A stretch of DNA of 64,000 nt from Lama glama. Its lineage: Eukaryota. The DNA lies in the NCBI GenBank assembly GCA_028534125.1, contig CM052816.1:95296001-95360000 (forward strand), read 5' to 3'. This document shows, in pieces, positions 12,960-25,701 of this stretch. The notes under the pieces are model-generated. The model did not search any database. It saw only the letters and a program-made list of their open reading frames with translations, and had not been told where the DNA came from. Every line of letters begins with the position of its first letter. Position 1 is the stretch's first letter. The translations under genes were made by a program, and so were the position numbers.

Positions 12960-13140
12960 GAGACTTGGAAACTGGAAAGGAAACAGGAAGTACTTCCCAA
13001 AAGGTACAAACATCCTTGGACATTTGTCACCTGGGAGCTGATCAGACTTCCAGAACCTCAGGTCCTGCCCAGGACCTACAAATCTGAATGCATTTTAACC
13101 AGGCCCAGGTGAGTCAAGTGCATATTCAAGTTTGAGACTC
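12960..13140. mobile_element. MER5A-like fragment
   Basis: TCACCTGGGAGCT..AATCTGAATGCATTTTAACCAGG..AAGTTTGAGA. Confidence 0.6.
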
Positions 13141-14095
13141 TCTGCTCCAACCCAAAGCCTTTGTTTGCTGATGGGAGGTGAGGTCTGGAGAGGACAAAGG
13201 CAGAGCCCAGGACCCCCACAGCTACTTAATGCGAGAAGCTCTAGGAACTTGTGCTTGGCTGCTGTCCAAATGTCTTCTTTGCACCATTTGATGATCTCAG
13301 TAAAGACCGTTTATTTCTCTGATAATTATGACTGCGGGTAGTGTGTAAAATGTCCCTCTCCTATTACATTTAATTCAGGCACCAAACCAAACAAAACATG
13401 AAAAGGTAGGAAAGAAAGGAGCAGAAAGAGGGATTAGTAAAATGTAAAAATTGGACAGACACAAGGTGCATTTTTCTCTGACTCTTTGGTGAAAAAGATC
13501 AGATAACAGGACACCTGTAGGTGAGGGGCCTCCAGAAACACAGCGAGGGAGAGGCTCAGCGGGGAATTTTGGATCATTCCTGTTGGAAGAATAATTGAGA
13601 ATTTAGCCCATCCCAGGGAATGAAACTTCCCTGGCCTCTCTCAGGATAGGCGACTTTCAGCCTCGTGGTGAGACCGTAAAATAAGACAGAAGCGTTAACC
13701 AAAGGAAATGCTGTTTCCTCTGTTTCTGAGCCACAAGCTGCTGTGTCACAAAGCAGACCAGGGAAGCGGGGGCCCTGACGTGAGCCACCAGGGGAACGTG
13801 ACCACTTTTTAAATGTTTTCTTAAAGGTCAGCCTCCACCTTTCCAGCCTGGAGTTGATTTTTGGAAATGGTAAAAAATTCATCAGAATCAAGTCAGGTGA
13901 TTGAAGTGGTGACCAAACTGAGTTCCATTTTAGGAAGCAAATCCAAACTGTGGCCACAATGTGACATTCTTGGTTTCTTTGTGTGCATTGTCATGTGGGT
14001 CTAAAGGCAACTCCTTAGGAAAGTCCCAAGACAGGTTTACGTAAGGCAGCAGCATTGGGAAAAGCTTGGAGCTTCTCAGAAGTGGTTCTGTCAAA

Positions 14096-15151
14096 CCTAC
14101 GGATAGGAGAAAATATAAGCAAATGATATGACCAGTAAGGAGTTAATATTCAGCACACATAAACAGCTCATACAACTCAACACCAAAAAAAAAAAAAAAT
14201 CAACCTAATTAAAAAATGAGCAGAAGAACTGAATAGACATTTCTCCCAAAGGAGATACACAGATGGCCACCAGGCACATGAAAAGATGCTCAGCATCACC
14301 AGTCCTCAGAGAAATGCAAATCAAAACCGCAACGAGGTATCACCTCACACCTGTCAGAATGGCCATCATCAAAAAGACCACAAATAGCAAACGTTGGCGA
14401 GGATGTGGAGAAAGGGAACCCTCGTACACTGTAAGCAGGAATGTAAATTGGCGCAGCCACTGTGGAAAACAGTATGGAGGGTCCTCAAAAAACTAAAAAC
14501 AGAACTACCGTATGAACCAGCAATTCCACTCTTGGGTATTTATCTGAAGAAACCAAAAACACTCATTTCAAAGGATACATGCACCCCAGTGTTTATAGCA
14601 GCATTATTTACAATAACCAAGATATGGAAGAATCCTAAATGTCCACCAATAGATGAATGGGTAAAGGTGTGGTATACATGTACAGTGGAATACTACTCAG
14701 CCATAAAAAAGGATGAAATTTTGCCATTTACAGCAACGTGGATGGACCTGGAGGGTATTATGCTTAGTGACATAAATCAGGCAAAGAAAGACAAATACTG
14801 TATGATATCACTTATATGTGGAGTCTAAAAAGTAAAACTAGTGAATATAACAAGAAACTGACTCACAGATATAGAGAACAAACTAGTGGTTACCACTGGG
14901 GAGAGGAAAGAGGGGAGGGGCAGGAAGGGGGAAGGGGATTAAGAAGTACAAACTATTATGTGTAAACTAAATAAGCTACAAGGATATATTGTACAGCACA
15001 GGGAAAAGGCCAGTATTTTATAATAAGTATAAATGGAGCATAACCTTTAAAAATTGTGAATCACTATGTCATACACCTGAAACTGTAAGATTGTAAATCC
15101 ACTGTACCTCAATAAAATAAAATAATAAAATCAAAAGTATCACCAAAAAAC
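14096..15151 (+). mobile_element. 5'-truncated LINE-1 (ORF2 C-terminus, 3' UTR, A-rich tail)
   Basis: ORFs 14263..14496 and 14394..14828 are L1 ORF2-like (frameshifted). Perfect 15-bp TSD AGTGGTTCTGTCAAA at 14081-14095 and 15152-15166. Confidence 0.95.
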
Positions 15152-15223
15152 AGTGGTTCTGTCAAAAAAGCAGTTTCCTCATCACGTGCCCTTTGTCAAA
15201 TTTTACCTTCACCCCATTTCCAG

Positions 15224-15281
15224 TTTCAGACACAGGACACCCATTTTCAGACACAGGACACCCATTTTCAGACACAGGACA
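15224..15281 (+). repeat. 21-bp minisatellite (TTTCAGACACAGGACACCCAT) x2.8
   Basis: Two perfect units plus a 16-bp partial unit. Confidence 0.9.
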
Positions 15282-15384
15282 GGGAGGGTGTTGCTGGTGT
15301 CGAGGAGGAAAATAGGGTCACCACCGGGGGGCCAGGCCACGGCAGGTGGCAGAGGGCCAGGCAGAAGAAGGGACCAGACACAGC

Positions 15385-15841
15385 TGTGTACCTCTCCTCT
15401 GGCCGCCACGACAAAGTACCACAGAATGGGGGCTTAAACAACAGAAAGGCACCGTCACAGTCCTGGGGGCTGGGAGTCCGAGATCCAGGTGTTGGCAGGG
15501 CGTGCTCCCCCTGAGATCCCGTTAGAACCCTTCCTTGCCTCCTCCTGGCTTCTGGTGGTTGACCAGCTGCCTTTGGCATTTCCTGGCCTACAGCTGCATC
15601 ACTGTGACCTCTGTTTCCAACGTCACATGGTGTTCTCCCTGTGTCTCTGTCTTCACATGGCTGTCTCCTTATAAAGGACACCAGTCATGCTGAATGAGGG
15701 CTCACCTGACTTCAGTAGCACCGTCGCTCAGCTGCTTGCATCTGCAGTGACCCAAATTCCAAATAAGGTCATGTTTTGCGGTGCTGGAGGTTAAGACTTC
15801 AACATATTCCTTTTGGGGGAGACACAACTCACCCCATAACA
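15385..15841 (-). mobile_element. MLT1B/C MaLR LTR
   Basis: GGCTTAAACAACAGAAA..GTCTTCACATGG..TTCCAAATAAGGTCA..CCCATAACA. Confidence 0.8.
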
Positions 15842-16494
15842 CCACCTTTGTCACAGTTGCTTCTGGGATGGTGTTAATTAGACTTGTTCACCCAATCTTC
15901 CCATTGGGTCCTGTTTTTACTTCTGTTGCCTTCCATTAGCCATAGGAATCCCAAAGGCACGAACAGATAGGGTTTTTAATTCACACACCAAGCTCTTGAG
16001 AATCAGAAGGAAAGGCTGTAAGGCCATGGAGCAGCTGGTTTAAATCCTAATAAAGACCCCGGAGGGGGAGGGACACCCATGGCCCTGCCCATCGCGGACT
16101 GCATGGGAATCATGGGGGTGCAGTGGGCTGAGGCCACACCGTGGAGGAGGTTAGGGTCTAGGCGAGTGGGGTGGAGGGGGTTAGGGAGAGAAGGAAGGGT
16201 GTGTTCAGTCTGGCCAGAGGCTGAGTGGGAGCCAGAGGGAGCCAAGCCATCTTCCCAGCACAGATATCATTCTTTGGGGGCTGGGGTCAGCTTCCTGCAC
16301 AGTCTTTTCATTTCCAGCTGCCTGGACCACCTGCAGCTCATCCCCTGAACATTCTCCACGCCTTGAGCCTTGGCTGCCCCACGTGGACACCCCTGTTGTC
16401 AACAGGTCAGGACACCCAAAAGCATGAAGGTGAGCCTTGGCTCGGGAGAGACAGTGATGGAGAGGAGGGGGGTCTTCACCAGCCCCAGGGAGGG

Positions 16495-16951
16495 TGCATT
16501 CACCTCCTGTGGCCACTGCAACAAGTACCACAAACTGGGTGGCTTAAAACAACAGAAATATATTCTCTCCCCATTCTGGAGAAGCCAGAAGTCTGAAATG
16601 AAGTGTCAGAGGAAGGGACTCTATCTGAAGTCTCTGAGAGAGAGCCTGTCCTTGCCTCCTCCAGCTTCAGGAGGCAGCCCACATTCCTTGGTTTGTGGCT
16701 GCATCATTCTGATCTCTGCCTCTGTGGTCACATCACCTTTTTCTCCTCCACGTCAAACCTCCCTCTACTTTCCTCTTCTAAAAATGCATGTGATGGCATG
16801 TAGGGCCCACCTGGATAGTCTAGGCTAATCCCCCCCCTCAAGATCCTTAATTTAATTGCATCTGCAAAGACAGCTTTATACAGTCAGAGTCACGTTTACA
16901 GTTTCCAGGGTTTAAAGCCGATCTCTCTGGGGGTCATTCTTCACCCCACAA
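16495..16951 (-). mobile_element. MLT1 MaLR LTR
   Basis: ACCACAAACTGGGTGGCTTAAAACAACAGAAAT..CTCAAGATCCTTAATTTAAT..CATCTGCAAAG. Confidence 0.8.
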
Positions 16952-17314
16952 TAGCAGCAAGTGTGGGAACTGGGCCACCCATCCTTTTGACAGGTAGCAG
17001 CTCAGGCTCATCGGCCCCTCCACCTCTCACCCCTGAGGGGTGCCTGAGGGGGTCCTCCTGAGGCTCTAACCCTCCTTCCCCACTGGCTTTCCCCAGGTTC
17101 TCCATCTCTCCATGAGTGGGTCTGAGTGTCCTGGGAAGGAGACTGGTACAGGCAGAGAAGGTCCATTCACCTGCCTGGCTCGGGCACATCAACTCTGCCT
17201 GCCCTAAGTAAACCATGAGTTGGCCATCTTGGTGGTTTCCATAATAACCAGCTTGAGCATCATCCAATTCTCATCCCATCCCCAAGATTCTATGCTTTAA
17301 ATCCTCACGGGTCT

Positions 17315-17470
17315 AACTCGGGGATAGGGACCAGAGCATCACCATCACCTGGGAGCTTGATGGAAAAGCTGGCTCTCAGGCCCTGCTCCAGGCCTCCTGG
17401 ATCAGAATCTGCATGTTAACTCGATTCCTAGGAGATTCCGGGGGCCACTACAGTGAGAGAAGTGCGGGTC
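17315..17470. mobile_element. MER5A-like fragment
   Basis: CATCACCTGGGAGCTTG..TCTCAGGCCC..ATCAGAATCTGCATGTTAAC. Confidence 0.65.
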
Positions 17471-18117
17471 TAAACACCTCTAGGATGGGCCTTCTCACCA
17501 GCACAGCAGCTGCGTGTCTCCCCAGGGGAGGGGAGCGGTTTGGCAGCAAAGCAGTGCTCATTAGTCTATTCATCTTCTTGAGACAATCTATTTTGAATTT
17601 CAAATAACATTCTAAACCTTGGCTTGGGTCATTATTCTTACCCAGGGGCGGGGCAGGTGCCCTTTCTCCTGACCAGCTCTTAAACAGCAGTCCCCACCCC
17701 CACATGGCTGCCTGCCCAGTCATCTCCAAAACCAATCTGATCCAGGCCCTTCCTGCCAGAACATCTGTTGTTTGTCCACAAGCATCCTTTCCCTTTCCTT
17801 CAGAGGTCTCCTCCTGTGGGAAGGGCTGCCAATCACAGCATGCTCATCTCCCTCCCTTCAGCTGTCACATGACCCAGGTCCCAGAGGAATCACAGGACTC
17901 ATAATTGCTTACATAAAGTACTCTGTGCCCCCGGCCACAGAGATTGGTCCAGCATTGGTCATGTGACTGGAGCTAGACCAATCAGAGTTCTTCCCAGGGG
18001 CTTTTCATACTGCGCTAGGAAACAGTCTCTCTTCTTCAGGGATCTCTAAACTGAAATGATGTCAGTAGGCACGGCCACACCAAGGTACTCCCTCCGGCCG
18101 CCTGCCACACGGAGGTA

Positions 18118-19363
18118 CAGTCGTCCCTCAGTACCTGCTGGGGGTTGGTTCCAGGCCCCACCGCAGACACCGACTTCGGGGGTTGCTCAAGTCCCTCATG
18201 TCAAATGACGTGGTGATACCGAGCAGGACCCTGTGCCCTCCCCCGCAACCCCTGCCTCTTGTTTACAGAAAAGCTGGTCTCCGAGGCCTCCCCAAGTCAC
18301 AGAAGAGCAGGCTCAGTTGATGAGGACAAGCCTGCAGGCACTGCGGGACAGCAATGACTCTGACCGCCTATCTCAACAATTAACTGGGATTAGTCCTTCA
18401 TCTCCCTTTGGAAATTTCATGGCTGAACAGAGTCTTTGGAGTTTGTTTTTGTTTTCGTTTTTGAGGGAAGGATGCTGGGTCCACCAGATTGCAGTTACGG
18501 CTGATTAAAAACAACTTTCCTTTTTGTTACCAAGGCTGTTGCCCCCAGGATCATAACCCTGCCCCTCCCTCGACTAGAAACCAATTACTCTTTTCTAAAG
18601 TCTCCAGAGGCAGCAGCAGAGAAGAAACAAGAACTGATTAGAACCCCCAGAGTTGAAGATGGTGGGAATTTGACTTCCAGCGAACCTTTAGCCTCATTAT
18701 ACGCTCACTGTAATATACTAACATGCTGAATGACACACCCACCAGCGCCGTGACACTTGACAATTGCCATGACAACAAGTGGAAAAGCCCATGGGAGGAC
18801 TGAGAAGCCCATACAAGGCCTGATTGGCTCCATCACACTTGAAAGGAGGCCATGATGGCGGGAGCCTCCCATAAACGTTCGCGCGGCCCGACCTGGGCTG
18901 GAGCTGTCCCTACCGGTCCTCTCGGCTGGTGGCTCCCCACCCCGGCACTTCTTCTCCATTCACGTGCTTTTTGTTCATTCTCCCTGCTTAAGCACTTTCC
19001 TTCCTTTTCCTCTTTTGAGAGATGAAAACAGTTTTCACTCTGTCCCTCTGTCCCTCAGCTATGAATTCTTTCCAGCCAGCAGGCAAGGACCCTCGCTTTG
19101 CTGGGCCTCCTAATTCAGGGGCCTCACTATTGGCGAACAGTAGTCTTTGCGTATAACCTACACACATCCTCCTTTATACTTTACATCATCTCTAGACTAC
19201 TTATCACACTTAATACAATGTCAGGGCTGTGTCAGTAGCTGCCAATTCACAGCAAATTTAAGTTTTTCTTTCTGGAACTTTCAGGAATTTTTTTAAAAAT
19301 ATTTTTTGATCCAAGGTTGGTTGAATCCATGAATGCAGAACCCATGTATTCGAGGGCTGACAG
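18118..19363 (+). mobile_element. MER2 (Tigger-family MITE), split by the ERV1 LTR
   Basis: TA|CAGTCGTCCCTC start and GAGGGCTGACAG|TA end. The halves 18118-18213 and 19140-19363 join into the MER2 consensus. Confidence 0.85.
18214..19139 (+). mobile_element. ERV1 solo LTR, MER41-like
   Basis: TG...CA termini and 4-bp TSD GTGG/GTAG. Internal ACACCCACCAGCGCCGTGACA..TGCCATGACAAC resembles MER41. It interrupts MER2. Confidence 0.8.
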
Positions 19364-20057
19364 TACCCTGTGGATATGATTGCCTTGTGGCACCCTGCCC
19401 CACAGAGGTGCCCTGCCCCATGGGGAGTGCCCACCTGCAGGGGGAGGACTTGCGCCTGGCAGAGAAGCCTAGATCAGAGTCAGAACAGAAGGATTCCTGG
19501 CTCCCCTCAGAAGCCCTCTTCTAGTCCTGAGGTCATTAGAGCCACTTCCCCCAGAGCCCGTCTACCACATTCCTTTTCCTACCTGAACTAGTTCGAATTT
19601 GGTTTCTGTCCTTTGCAAATGAAAAAATCCTAACTTACACATCCCCTTCTTGAAACCTTTCCATGGCTGCCATGCAGAGGGATAGGGTCATTCTCCTCAT
19701 GTTGGCATCAAGAGACCCTCCCTATCAAGTTCCAAGTCCGTGATTTATTCCCACAGAAATGAGGCCCTTGCACTCAGAACTCTTCAAATGTGCAGGTGCC
19801 TGCTGCGAAATTCCAGGCCCTTTGTTTCCTCCCGGTGTGTCAGAGTCTGCACCTGGACAACCACAGCATCGCATTGCATTGCAATAACTTGCATCTGTGT
19901 TTCCCCTTGCTAGGCTGTGAGCATCCCAGAGGGGTCCAGTGGATTCCAGAATCAAAGAACTCGCTTAGCAAATACCGTGGACAGACATCCAAACTCCATG
20001 TGTGGCTTCTGAGCACTGTGTCCGTGAACACGTTGTGCTTCTGTGAATATTCACGAA

Positions 20058-20910
20058 CAGAGTTCATTCCCCCTTATCTGAGGTTTCATTTTCTGCAGTT
20101 TTGTTCCCTGTGTTCAACTACAGTCCAAAAACATTAAATGGAAAATTCCAGAAATAAGCAATCTGTAAGTTTTCAATTCTGTGCCATCTGAGTAGCATGA
20201 TGAAGTCTCCAGCCGTCCACTCCATCCTGCCCAGGATGTGAATCACTTTGTCCAGCACGTCCCACCCGCTAAGACCCTTAGTAGCTGTCTCGGACATCAG
20301 CTCCACCGCTGTGGTATGGCCGTGCTTGTGTTAAAAATAACCCTTATTTTACTTCATAATGGCCCCAGAACACAAAGGCAGTGATGCTGGCAGTGTGGAC
20401 AAGCCAAAAAGAAACATCAAGTGCTTCCTTGAAATGAGAAAGAGAAACTTCTTGATTTAATTAGGAAAAAAAAAATCATACACTGAGGTTGATACGATCT
20501 ACAGTAAGAATGTAGCTTCTATCCAAGAAATTGTGAGGAGAAAAAAATTCCTGTTAGTTTTGCCGTGGAATCTCAGACTACAAATTTACAGCCACGGTGC
20601 ATGATAAATGCTTAGTTAAGATGGAAAAAGTATTAAATTTGTGCAATAAGATATTTTTGAGAGAGAGGGAGAGACCACATTCATACAACTCTCATTACAT
20701 TATATTATTATGATTGTTCTGTTTTATTGTTAGTTATCATTGTTAATCTCTTACTGTGCATAATTTACAAATTAAACTCTATCACAGATATATATGTATA
20801 GACAAAAACTTAGTACCTATAGGGTTTGGTACTGTCTGCAGTTTCAGGCATCCCCTGGGCGGGGGGTGGGTTCTTGAAATGGGTCTTAGAACTTGTCCCC
20901 GCAGATAAGG
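20058..20910 (+). mobile_element. MER44/Tigger7-derived DNA transposon remnant
   Basis: Inverted termini CCCCTTATCTGAGG ... CCCGCAGATAAGGGGGGAC with a Tigger7-like interior. Confidence 0.75.
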
Positions 20911-22366
20911 GGGGACAAGCATACTGTCAGAAAGGCCACAAACTGCCTCTGTGCCGCAGACTCCGCATCTATGAAAAGGGCAAGATCAACGTTCCCACGC
21001 CATGGGCTTGTCAGAGGCTCCTGTATCACAGTGCCCATGAGGCGTCTGGGATGGCGCCTGGCCTCGAGGAAGTATCCAGAGGATTAATTTGTATTATTTA
21101 CACTTTCTCTCCCCCTACCCACTTCCTCTTCCTTTCTCTCCCCTTCCCCGTGTCATCTTCTCCTGTCACTTCCTCACTCCTTCCCTGTCTGTCAGCAGAG
21201 GGGTTACTGGGTACCACGTGTACCCACTTCCACTATGGGAAGTGCTTGGGGCTGGTTCTAAGGCAGCTGAGATCTGCTAAGATCTAAATAGAAAAAAGGG
21301 CCCCCTGTGAGTCCATTTCGTTGGCTCCACTCCATCCCACCTGCTGCCCCCACTTTAGAGCCTGTTTCCGGCCAGGTGCCCCAGGGCGCGGATGTCCTCA
21401 TCCTCTAGACGTGATCCTCGGTTTATCCCCAGCTTGGCAGACCTGCAACAGCCACGATGCCCGAGCCCATCAGCTCTGCTCCAGGGTGCTCTCCCCACTC
21501 CAGAGAACGGTCCCTTGAAAGGTGGAAAGATGTGTTTCCTTCTGCACGATAACTTTTCCCTCTGATATCTTATTCCCCTCAGCCAGATTCACTTCGTAAA
21601 TTTACCATTTGAATAATCAGTTCTGAGCATCTGGATTTACTCTCTGAGACGCCAGGCGGGTCATTAAATTGTCCTCCAGGTCGACAGCCCGGGACACCAG
21701 AGTCGGGGCGTTCAGGCAGGGAGGGGCCACTGGGACGGACCCTGAGATCAGCAGCAGACAGCACATCTGGGAAGTTGCTTCTCCACAGCGGGATCATTCA
21801 GCTGACTCCCGCCGTGCTGCGCACTCAAAGCTGCACCGTGTCGTCATCGTGGGTGAAAGAGCTGCGATCAGGAGGGACACGGCGGCAGAGATGCAGAGGA
21901 CAGCTCGGTCGCATCCTTCTGTTACTTTTTGCTTGTCTGTATCCCTGTCTGCTCCCTAACGTCCTTGGGGAGGCCCCCTGTCCCTGTGTCAGTCTTGGGG
22001 TGTGAGTGGGACCCAGGTCTGGCTGCTCAAAAGGCCCCCCTCCCTGCTGCTATGATTCGCCAGGATGGGGTGCGGGTCCCCAAAGCGGCTCCTGTGCTTA
22101 CCAAAACCTCCACTGAGTCTACAGATGAAGGAAGGAAAGTTCTAGATGGCTTCCTCTGAATGACCCGATTTAACCACTTCTGAAGCTGATGCTGGCTCGT
22201 TATTTCAAGAACAGGAACTAAAGAATTCTCTTTTTTGGGCAACTGGTTAGACTGAGATTCCTGACTTTTCAACAAGGAGACCCTGACTACTTCCCTCTCA
22301 CTTCTTCACTTGTTCCTGTTCCCCCAGGATCCTAGCCTTCAGTCCAGACCTTTGCCTGCAGCCCTC

Positions 22367-22761
22367 TGTTAGTGTCCTGTGGGCTGCCCCAGCAAGTTAC
22401 CACCCACCGGGCGGCTTAAAACAGCAGGAGTCTAGTCTCCAGCAGCTCTGGAAGCCAGAAGCCCAGTCCGTGTTGGCCACACCCCCCAGAAGGCTTTAGC
22501 GGAGCATCCTTCCTGCCTCTCCCAGCTCCTGGAGGCTCCCGGCATTCCTTGGATTGTGGCTGCACTTCCCCCAATCTCTGCCTCTGTCTTCACATGGCCT
22601 TCTCCCCTGTGTGTCTCTGTCTCTGGCCTCTCTTCTTCTAAGAACATGATTTTAAATCTAGATTCTTTGCTAATTACGTCTGCAAAGACCTTATTTCCAA
22701 ATAAGGTCACATTGACAGGTTCCAGGTGGACTTGAATTTTGAGGGGAAACAAACCCACTAC
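22367..22761 (-). mobile_element. MLT1C MaLR LTR
   Basis: GGCTTAAAACAGCAG..CCAATCTCTGCCTCTGTCTTCACATGG..TCTGCAAAGACCTTATTTCCAAATAAGGTCACATT. Confidence 0.8.
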
Positions 22762-23133
22762 GGTGCCCCATTCCTTCTGGTGCCCGCAAGGATCTGGATC
22801 CCACCATCCCCAGACTGCTTTCATGACTCTAGGACCTTGGCAGTTAAGCCGGTTAGTTCCAGGGTCCCCGTCCCTCAAAAATTGATCTCCCATTCCAAGG
22901 GCCCCTGTATACCACTAAAAAATTCCCAGAATTTCTGGAAAAGAAGTGTACGCAATATTGATGTTATCCAAAGGTCCATGAAGTGACACCAGCTGCATTT
23001 TTTAATTTTCCTTTGGATCTGGTCTTTGAAACACCAGAAAGACCTGGGAAGGCATAATTGTTTATAGTAAATAAAAGAAGCATTTAAAAAAAGTCTGTCT
23101 TTTGGGGTTTTTTTGGTTTGGTTTGGTTTGGTT

Positions 23134-23830
23134 TTTATTTTTAGTTGTGGTAAAATACATGTAACATAAAATTTACCATTTTAACCATTTTTAAGTGTAC
23201 AGTTTATTCAGTAGCATTAAGTTCATTCACACTGTTTTACAGTCATCACCACCACCCATCTCCAGAACTTTTCCATCATCCCAAACTGAAATTCTATACC
23301 CATTAAACAAGAACTTCCCATCCCCCGCTCTCTCCCTTCCGACCCCTGGCGACCACCACTCTACCCTCTATGATTTTGGCTTCTCTACGTACCTTATGTA
23401 AGTGGAACCATTTAATATCTGCCTTTTGTGACTGGCCTATTTCACTTAGAATAATGTCGTCTAGGTTCATCTATGTTGGATCCTGTGTTAAAATGTGCTT
23501 CCTTTTTAAGGCTGACCTTCCGTTGTGTGCAGAGACCATATTTTGCTTATTCATTCATCTGCTGATAGGCAGTTGGGTTGCTTCCACCTACTGGCTGTTG
23601 TTAATAATGTTGGAAAGAACATGGGGGTACAAATATCTCTTGGAGATCCTGCTTTCAGTGCTCCTGGGTATATAACCAGAAGTAAGATTGCTGGATCATA
23701 TAGTCATTCTATGTTTAATTTTTTGAGAAACGACGAAACTATTTTCCACAGTGCCTGCATCATTTTACACTCCCAGCAGTGCCCAAGGGTTCCAATTTCT
23801 CCACACCCTCGACAGTACTTATTTTCTGCC
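23134..23830 (-). mobile_element. L1M 3' fragment (antisense) with GTTTG-type tail
   Basis: AACATAAAATTTACCATTTTAACCATTTTTAAGTGTACAG..ATTGCTGGATCATATAG..GGGTTCCAATTTCTCCACA. Confidence 0.85.
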
Positions 23831-23994
23831 TTTTCACAGTGGCCAGGGACGGGACACCTGCTGCTTCTGGGTGGCCGGCCCCCCAGGAATGCCACTAGGG
23901 GGAGTCCTGCACCCCAAGCTCCAGCTTCTCCAAAAGGTGGAGGGAGGTTTGAGGCCAGAGAGGATTTGTCAGTCACAGCGGTGGAGTTCTAGAG

Positions 23995-24135
23995 CGAGTC
24001 CTCCCAAACTCTAGTCCTGCAGGCGGCTCGTGAAAAGGCAGATCTGGTCCTCGAGGTCTGGGCTGGGCCTGAGAGTCTGCAAGCTCCCAGGGGTGCCCAA
24101 GCTGCTGGTCCTGGGACAACACTTGGAGCAGGGCT
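23995..24135. mobile_element. MER5A-like fragment (reverse)
   Basis: GCAGAT..GGTCTGGGCTGGGCCTGAGAGTCTGCA..GCTGCTGGTCC..CACTTGGAG. Confidence 0.55.
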
Positions 24136-25701
24136 CAGGGACGCACTCAACACAAGGCCTGCCTTTACAGGTGCGCCTGGAGGGTTGGGCCCGGAGGACT
24201 TCCTCACCCCGCCACCTGCCCCATGTTGAATCCCGAGGTCCCCAGCCCAGCACACACAGCTTCAATTCCAAAGTGTGGATTAATTCAGCAACCAAAATGG
24301 GGCACTGGAGGCCGTGACTCCCACAGGATCTTAGGAATTTTCTGGAACGGAAGAGGGGGTTCTCAGAATGGCCCTGACTCCATCCCCTCCTAACGTCCCC
24401 AGGAGGATTTGCCTCAAGCTACCTCGAGCCTCTCAAGAATCTGGCTGTTACATCTATTGCCCTGTGCAGAGATGAGGTCCAGAAATGCTTTCTGAATTAA
24501 TGAAAAATCTATTAATCTGTATTTGTGTGTTTTGTAGCTCTAGGGGATAATTGAAAGAAAAGAAAACTGGCAGAAATAGCTACATTTGTTTATGGGGTAT
24601 TTATTCATTGATCTGCTCTTGCAGAAGCTAAGAAGTTCCTATTTTTGGCACCTCCCAGGCTCAAGTGTGGATTTTTCTTTTTCCGTCAAGTCTCTTAAAA
24701 AGTTGACCTTTCCCAGCCTGTAAACTGCAGTCATGTCACGCATTCAATAGGGGGGCAGCAGCTCAGAGGAGACCCCCCTCCCCAGGAAAGAGTCACAGGG
24801 CAGGAAAGGTGGACAAGAGTGGCCCGGAAGTCACAGGGCTGGCCCTGGAGCAGTCTTCCAGCGAAAGTGCCAGCTCCTCTGGCCTTTGGGGACACTCTGC
24901 TGTCTGTGGCTTCCAGGGAGCCAGGTACAAGGGGCCCACCTCTGCCCACCTGTTCTGTTCCCACTTCCTGAGAGAAGGTGTCAACTCCAGGGCCACCTCC
25001 CTGCATTTGCATCTCTGCCAAGTGCACTGGACCAAACGGGAGTTTATAAGCCGCTCACTGAAAAATGAGGGATGTGTGAGCCGTGCATGAACCCCGATGA
25101 TAAGCCTGTAAAAAATTTGAAACAGGGTCGTCCTTGCAGGGGGTGCGGGGCTCCAGAGTTTTCTAACGCTGGCTCACTCCAAGGACTTGGGCAAGTCTTC
25201 GAATTCTCTGGGTCTCAATTTCTCCGTGAATGACATGTGGATCATAATTTTAGCTCCCTCGCCTCCACCAGCACCCAGTTACACTCCTGGAACTTGGAAG
25301 AGCTACTGCACACTCCAAGTGACTGACTTAACAGCTTAATCATCCGTGAAATCATTCTAATGTGTCCACACCAGTTACTGTAGTTACAGCCGCCACCCAA
25401 AGTGGGAGCATCAGAATAATCACAGTAATAACAGTAATAACACAGCCCTAGAATGTCGAAGATGTCCGAGGCATTCGTCTTCCTGACGCCTCTGTGAAGG
25501 CGGGAGCGGCTCATCCACAGAAACATTGCCACTGCCATTGTCGTCGGCATGCGTCTTTGCAGGGCATGGCACATTCTTTCCAACACCAACAGTCATTTTA
25601 CCATCTTTCCTCACTCCTGACATAAGGAGAAAACCTGTTCTTACTTTCTCCAGTTAATACTTTTTTTGACACGAGAATCTAGCAATATTTGGGTAACGAA
25701 A

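Larger units (their letters stand above)
17754..19641 (+). mobile_element. LTR16-like ERVL LTR, split by MER2
   Basis: 5' part has AGAACATCTGTTGTTT and GGCCACAGAGATTGG..CATGTGAC..CCAATCAGAG. 3' part has CTAGTTCGAATTTGGTTTCTGTCCTTTGCAA..TCCTAACTTACACA. Boundaries are approximate. Confidence 0.65.

Noticed and set aside
14263..14828. ORFs of 77 and 144 aa as a host gene
   Set aside because: They are frameshifted L1 ORF2 C-terminal remnants inside a TSD-flanked L1.
23370..23992. ORFs of 101 and 155 aa
   Set aside because: Antisense translations of an L1M fragment.
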